Positions 30,079 to 32,000 of a stretch of DNA of 32,000 nucleotides are shown here, in pieces. The first letter of the stretch is position 1; each line of letters starts with the position of its first letter. The notes beneath the pieces are model-generated. The model worked only from the letters and a program-made list of their open reading frames with translations, ran no database searches and was not told the origin of the DNA. Position numbers and translations under genes: made by a program. Source of the DNA: Ignicoccus hospitalis KIN4/I (GTDB taxonomy: Archaea > Thermoproteota > Thermoprotei_A > Sulfolobales > Ignicoccaceae); NCBI RefSeq assembly GCF_000017945.1, contig NC_009776.1, forward strand, positions 1,080,001 through 1,112,000. Reading direction: 5' to 3'.

Positions 30079-30682
30079 ACCCTCTCTCCTTCAACAACTC
30101 CTCCTTAGCCTTCTCTATAGCTAGATCGAGCGCGAGCCTCTTTATCATATTTTCTAACTCAGAGGCGCTCAAGGGGCCTACGTGGAGCAGCTCTCTCCCA
30201 ACGGCGTAGGCCGGCACGGCGTTGGCTCCCAAGGAGCGCAACTCTTTCAACCTCTTTTCGGAATCTACGTGAATTACTTCGAGCTCTAAGTTCGTGTACT
30301 TCCTTATTAGAGGCGCCGCCTCTTTCAGCGCCTTATAGCAAGGTAAGCCCGGGTATACGTAGAGCTTGAGCTTCACCGGGTGGGGGAGCGACTCCTCGCC
30401 CGTTCCCTTGGAGAGCTCCTTCAACACCTCTAGGAAACCCGGTATCAGGACGCCCTTTAAGGAGCCGTAGAACGTCACTTTACAAACCCCGTCCTTACAA
30501 GCCCTCAAGTAAGGCTTCTTGGAAGGGTCTTCGGGTTCCTTCCCTTCGATTACCTTCACGCCCCTGACTTCCTTCAAGGGCGAGGCCTCTTCCAGAGGGA
30601 AGGCTTCTACGACCACCTCGCCCTCCAGCTCAGTTATCTTCTTCAAACCTAAGAGTTGGAATAAGAACTCCAGCTCCTTCAA
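30059..30682 (-). CDS. thioredoxin/glutaredoxin-fold protein (PDO-like) with single-Cys active-site position
   Basis: 207 aa. The C-terminal domain, LKLYVYPGLPCYKALKEAAPLIRKY.NLELEVIHVDSEKRLKELRSLGANAVPAYAVGRELLHVGPLSASELENMI, fits the thioredoxin_3 pattern, but CxxC is reduced to C-Y-K-A. Its 3' end overlaps the convergent synthase gene by 20 nt. Confidence 0.5.
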   Translation of the reverse strand: MKELEFLFQLLGLKKITELEGEVVVEAFPLEEASPLKEVRGVKVIEGKEPEDPSKKPYLRACKDGVCKVTFYGSLKGVLIPGFLEVLKELSKGTGEESLPHPVKLKLYVYPGLPCYKALKEAAPLIRKYTNLELEVIHVDSEKRLKELRSLGANAVPAYAVGRELLHVGPLSASELENMIKRLALDLAIEKAKEELLKERGFTSRAS

Positions 30683-30775
30683 ATACCGCCCCCCGCTTAC
30701 CTACCGGTAAGCAAGGTTATTGAGCGCGGCCCCTATTCAACAGAGCCGCCGGGGGCGGGGCTTTAGGGTAGCGGC

Positions 30776-31843
30776 GTGGAGTACAAGGGGGCGAAGTACA
30801 TACACCTCAAGAAGGGTAAGTGGGGCGGCAAGGGCTCAGTAATCATCTACTACAAGGGGGACGTGGGCGTAGTGCCGGGCTACCCTTCGATACAGAGGCT
30901 CGTGCTTCTCTCCAAGGTCCCCCATTACTTCCCAGAGGGGGTTTCCGTGGAGGAAAAGATGAACGGGTACAACGTCAGGGTAGTCAAGGTCGGCGGAGAG
31001 GTCTTCGCCGTAACGAGGGGAGGTTACCTCTGCCCCTACACCAACGCGAGGCTCAAGAGCGTGTACGGGGAGGAGTTGAGCTCGCTGTTGGACGAGCTCC
31101 CGCCCGGGAGCTTCGTGGCCGGCGAGGTGGTGGGGACGGAGAACCCCTACGTAAGGGTAGAGTATCCAGAGGCGCCGAAGTTCGACTACTTCATCTTCGA
31201 CATCTTCGTGAGGGAGGGAGACGGGTGGAGGCAGATGCCGGTCGAGGAGAGGCACGAGCTGGTGAGGAGGCACGGGCTCCGGGGGGTTAGGCTGTTGGGG
31301 ACCTTCCGGCCCGACGAGTCTGTGAGCAAGATAAAGGAGATCGTCGACCGCTTCGACGCCGAGGGGAGGGAAGGGGTGGTGCTGAAGGACCCCTTGTACA
31401 AGAGGCCCCCCGCGAAGTACACGGGCTCCTTCACCAACATAGGGGACATAGAGCAAGGCATGAAGTACCCGTTCGACGAAGGGAAGGACTACTTATTCCC
31501 CAGGATAGTTAGGGAGATGTTCAAGGTGTTTGAAGAGGGACTGGCCGGGCGGAAGCTGGAGGAGAGGGCCCTCTGGCTTGGGCGCGCCATCTTGGCGCCG
31601 GCCGTCGAGGCGGTCAAGGCCGTCGCCGAGGGGAGGCCCCTCCACGAGGACTTCGTCCTGCGCTTCCCCACGGAGGGGGACCTAGAGGACTACTTGGACT
31701 ACGTTAGGCAGTTGGGGGTGAAGGTAACCGTGTTAGAAAAGTGGGAGGAGGGAGGCTGGGTCGTAGTTAAGGTAAGGAAGTTTAAGCGGAGCCCGGACGT
31801 TATAGAGTCCATGTTGAGGACCGGGAGGACCCCGCTAGACTAG
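30776..31843 (+). CDS. ATP-dependent RNA ligase, archaeal Rnl3 (Pab1020-like) family
   Basis: 355 aa with a GTG start. It has the nucleotidyltransferase motif I, EEKMNGYNVRV (KxNG lysine), followed by FAVTRGGYLCPYT. Motif IV is EGVVLKD and the motif V-like sequence is PPAKYTG. Confidence 0.7.
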   Translation: MEYKGAKYIHLKKGKWGGKGSVIIYYKGDVGVVPGYPSIQRLVLLSKVPHYFPEGVSVEEKMNGYNVRVVKVGGEVFAVTRGGYLCPYTNARLKSVYGEELSSLLDELPPGSFVAGEVVGTENPYVRVEYPEAPKFDYFIFDIFVREGDGWRQMPVEERHELVRRHGLRGVRLLGTFRPDESVSKIKEIVDRFDAEGREGVVLKDPLYKRPPAKYTGSFTNIGDIEQGMKYPFDEGKDYLFPRIVREMFKVFEEGLAGRKLEERALWLGRAILAPAVEAVKAVAEGRPLHEDFVLRFPTEGDLEDYLDYVRQLGVKVTVLEKWEEGGWVVVKVRKFKRSPDVIESMLRTGRTPLD

Positions 31844-32000
31844 GCGGGAGGTCATGCCGTTCTCCAAGAGGTCCTCGAAGTCGTCCACCGAGGCCACTTC
31901 TTTCCCATTCAAGAGCACCCTCAGCGGGCCCCCGCCCACCTTACCGACTACCGTACCTCCGGTGACCTTCAAGACCTCCTCCGCGGCTTCCGGCTTAACC
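31835..32000 (-). CDS. C-terminal fragment of an unidentified protein (5' part outside window)
   Basis: My minus-strand translation is ...VKPEAAEEVLKVTGGTVVGKVGGGPLRVLLNGKEVASVDDFEDLLENGMTSRLV*. Composition is host-like and the frame is open to the window edge. The ending is faintly PurM/ThiL-superfamily-like, but I cannot support a product call. Confidence 0.4.
   Translation of the reverse strand, partial: VKPEAAEEVLKVTGGTVVGKVGGGPLRVLLNGKEVASVDDFEDLLENGMTSRLV

Noticed and set aside
1-32000. CRISPR array, IS element, integrase or long direct repeats
   Set aside because: Reading both strands, I found no regularly spaced 24-37-nt repeats. I also found no transposase or integrase-like ORF and no obvious terminal inverted or direct repeats flanking the 20.2-24.4 kb patch. 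A computational repeat search would be needed to be certain.

Overview
This is a gene-dense stretch (about 90% coding, both strands) that reads like the chromosome of a compact hyperthermophilic crenarchaeon. Supporting signals are strong AGG/AGA-Arg, ATA-Ile, AAG-Lys and GAG-Glu codon bias, E/K/V/L-rich proteins and frequent GTG/TTG starts. There are also many 4-nt ATGA/GTGA start-stop overlaps, GGAGG/GGTGA-type Shine-Dalgarno motifs, and AT-rich TATA-like boxes in otherwise G+C-rich DNA. Gene content is reminiscent of Desulfurococcales such as Ignicoccus, but I cannot verify the taxon from here.

Most of the window is housekeeping:
- A GPN-loop GTPase (partial, at the window edge) and a CBS-pair protein with a C-terminal RAM module.
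- An A-type ATP synthase subunit H-like plus subunit C pair.
- A DUF190 PII-like protein, sufC-sufB, and a ClC channel with CBS domains.
- pheS-pheT, glnA, feoA-like, a SixA-like phosphatase, a class II aldolase and a flavin reductase.
- A YkgJ-type Cys-cluster protein head-to-head with a 2x[4Fe-4S] ferredoxin.
- A PIN-ATPase-KH protein.
- An amidohydrolase / degenerate MDR / leuD operon lying divergent to an isopropylmalate/citramalate/homocitrate-synthase-family gene that carries a C-terminal RAM domain.
- A thioredoxin-fold protein and an Rnl3-type RNA ligase.

The one place that does not look like core genome is about 20.2-24.4 kb:
- Two V4R-type small-molecule-binding genes bracket an ORF-free coding remnant.
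- Between them is a compositionally foreign ORF (about 47% G+C by my hand count) that has a TTG start, no internal methionine and ten cysteines.
- Next to it is a Cmr1-like RAMP gene broken at two homopolymer runs, with no other cas genes or CRISPR array in the window.

Other signals that are not ordinary CDSs:
- A canonical archaeal C/D-box sRNA at 10106-10154.
- A perfect 16-bp palindrome with DtxR/IdeR-like half-sites over the feoA TATA region.
- Nested palindromes around the glnA promoter and start.
- Two small ORFs next to the ClC gene.

I saw no rRNA, tRNA, CRISPR array, transposase or integrase.
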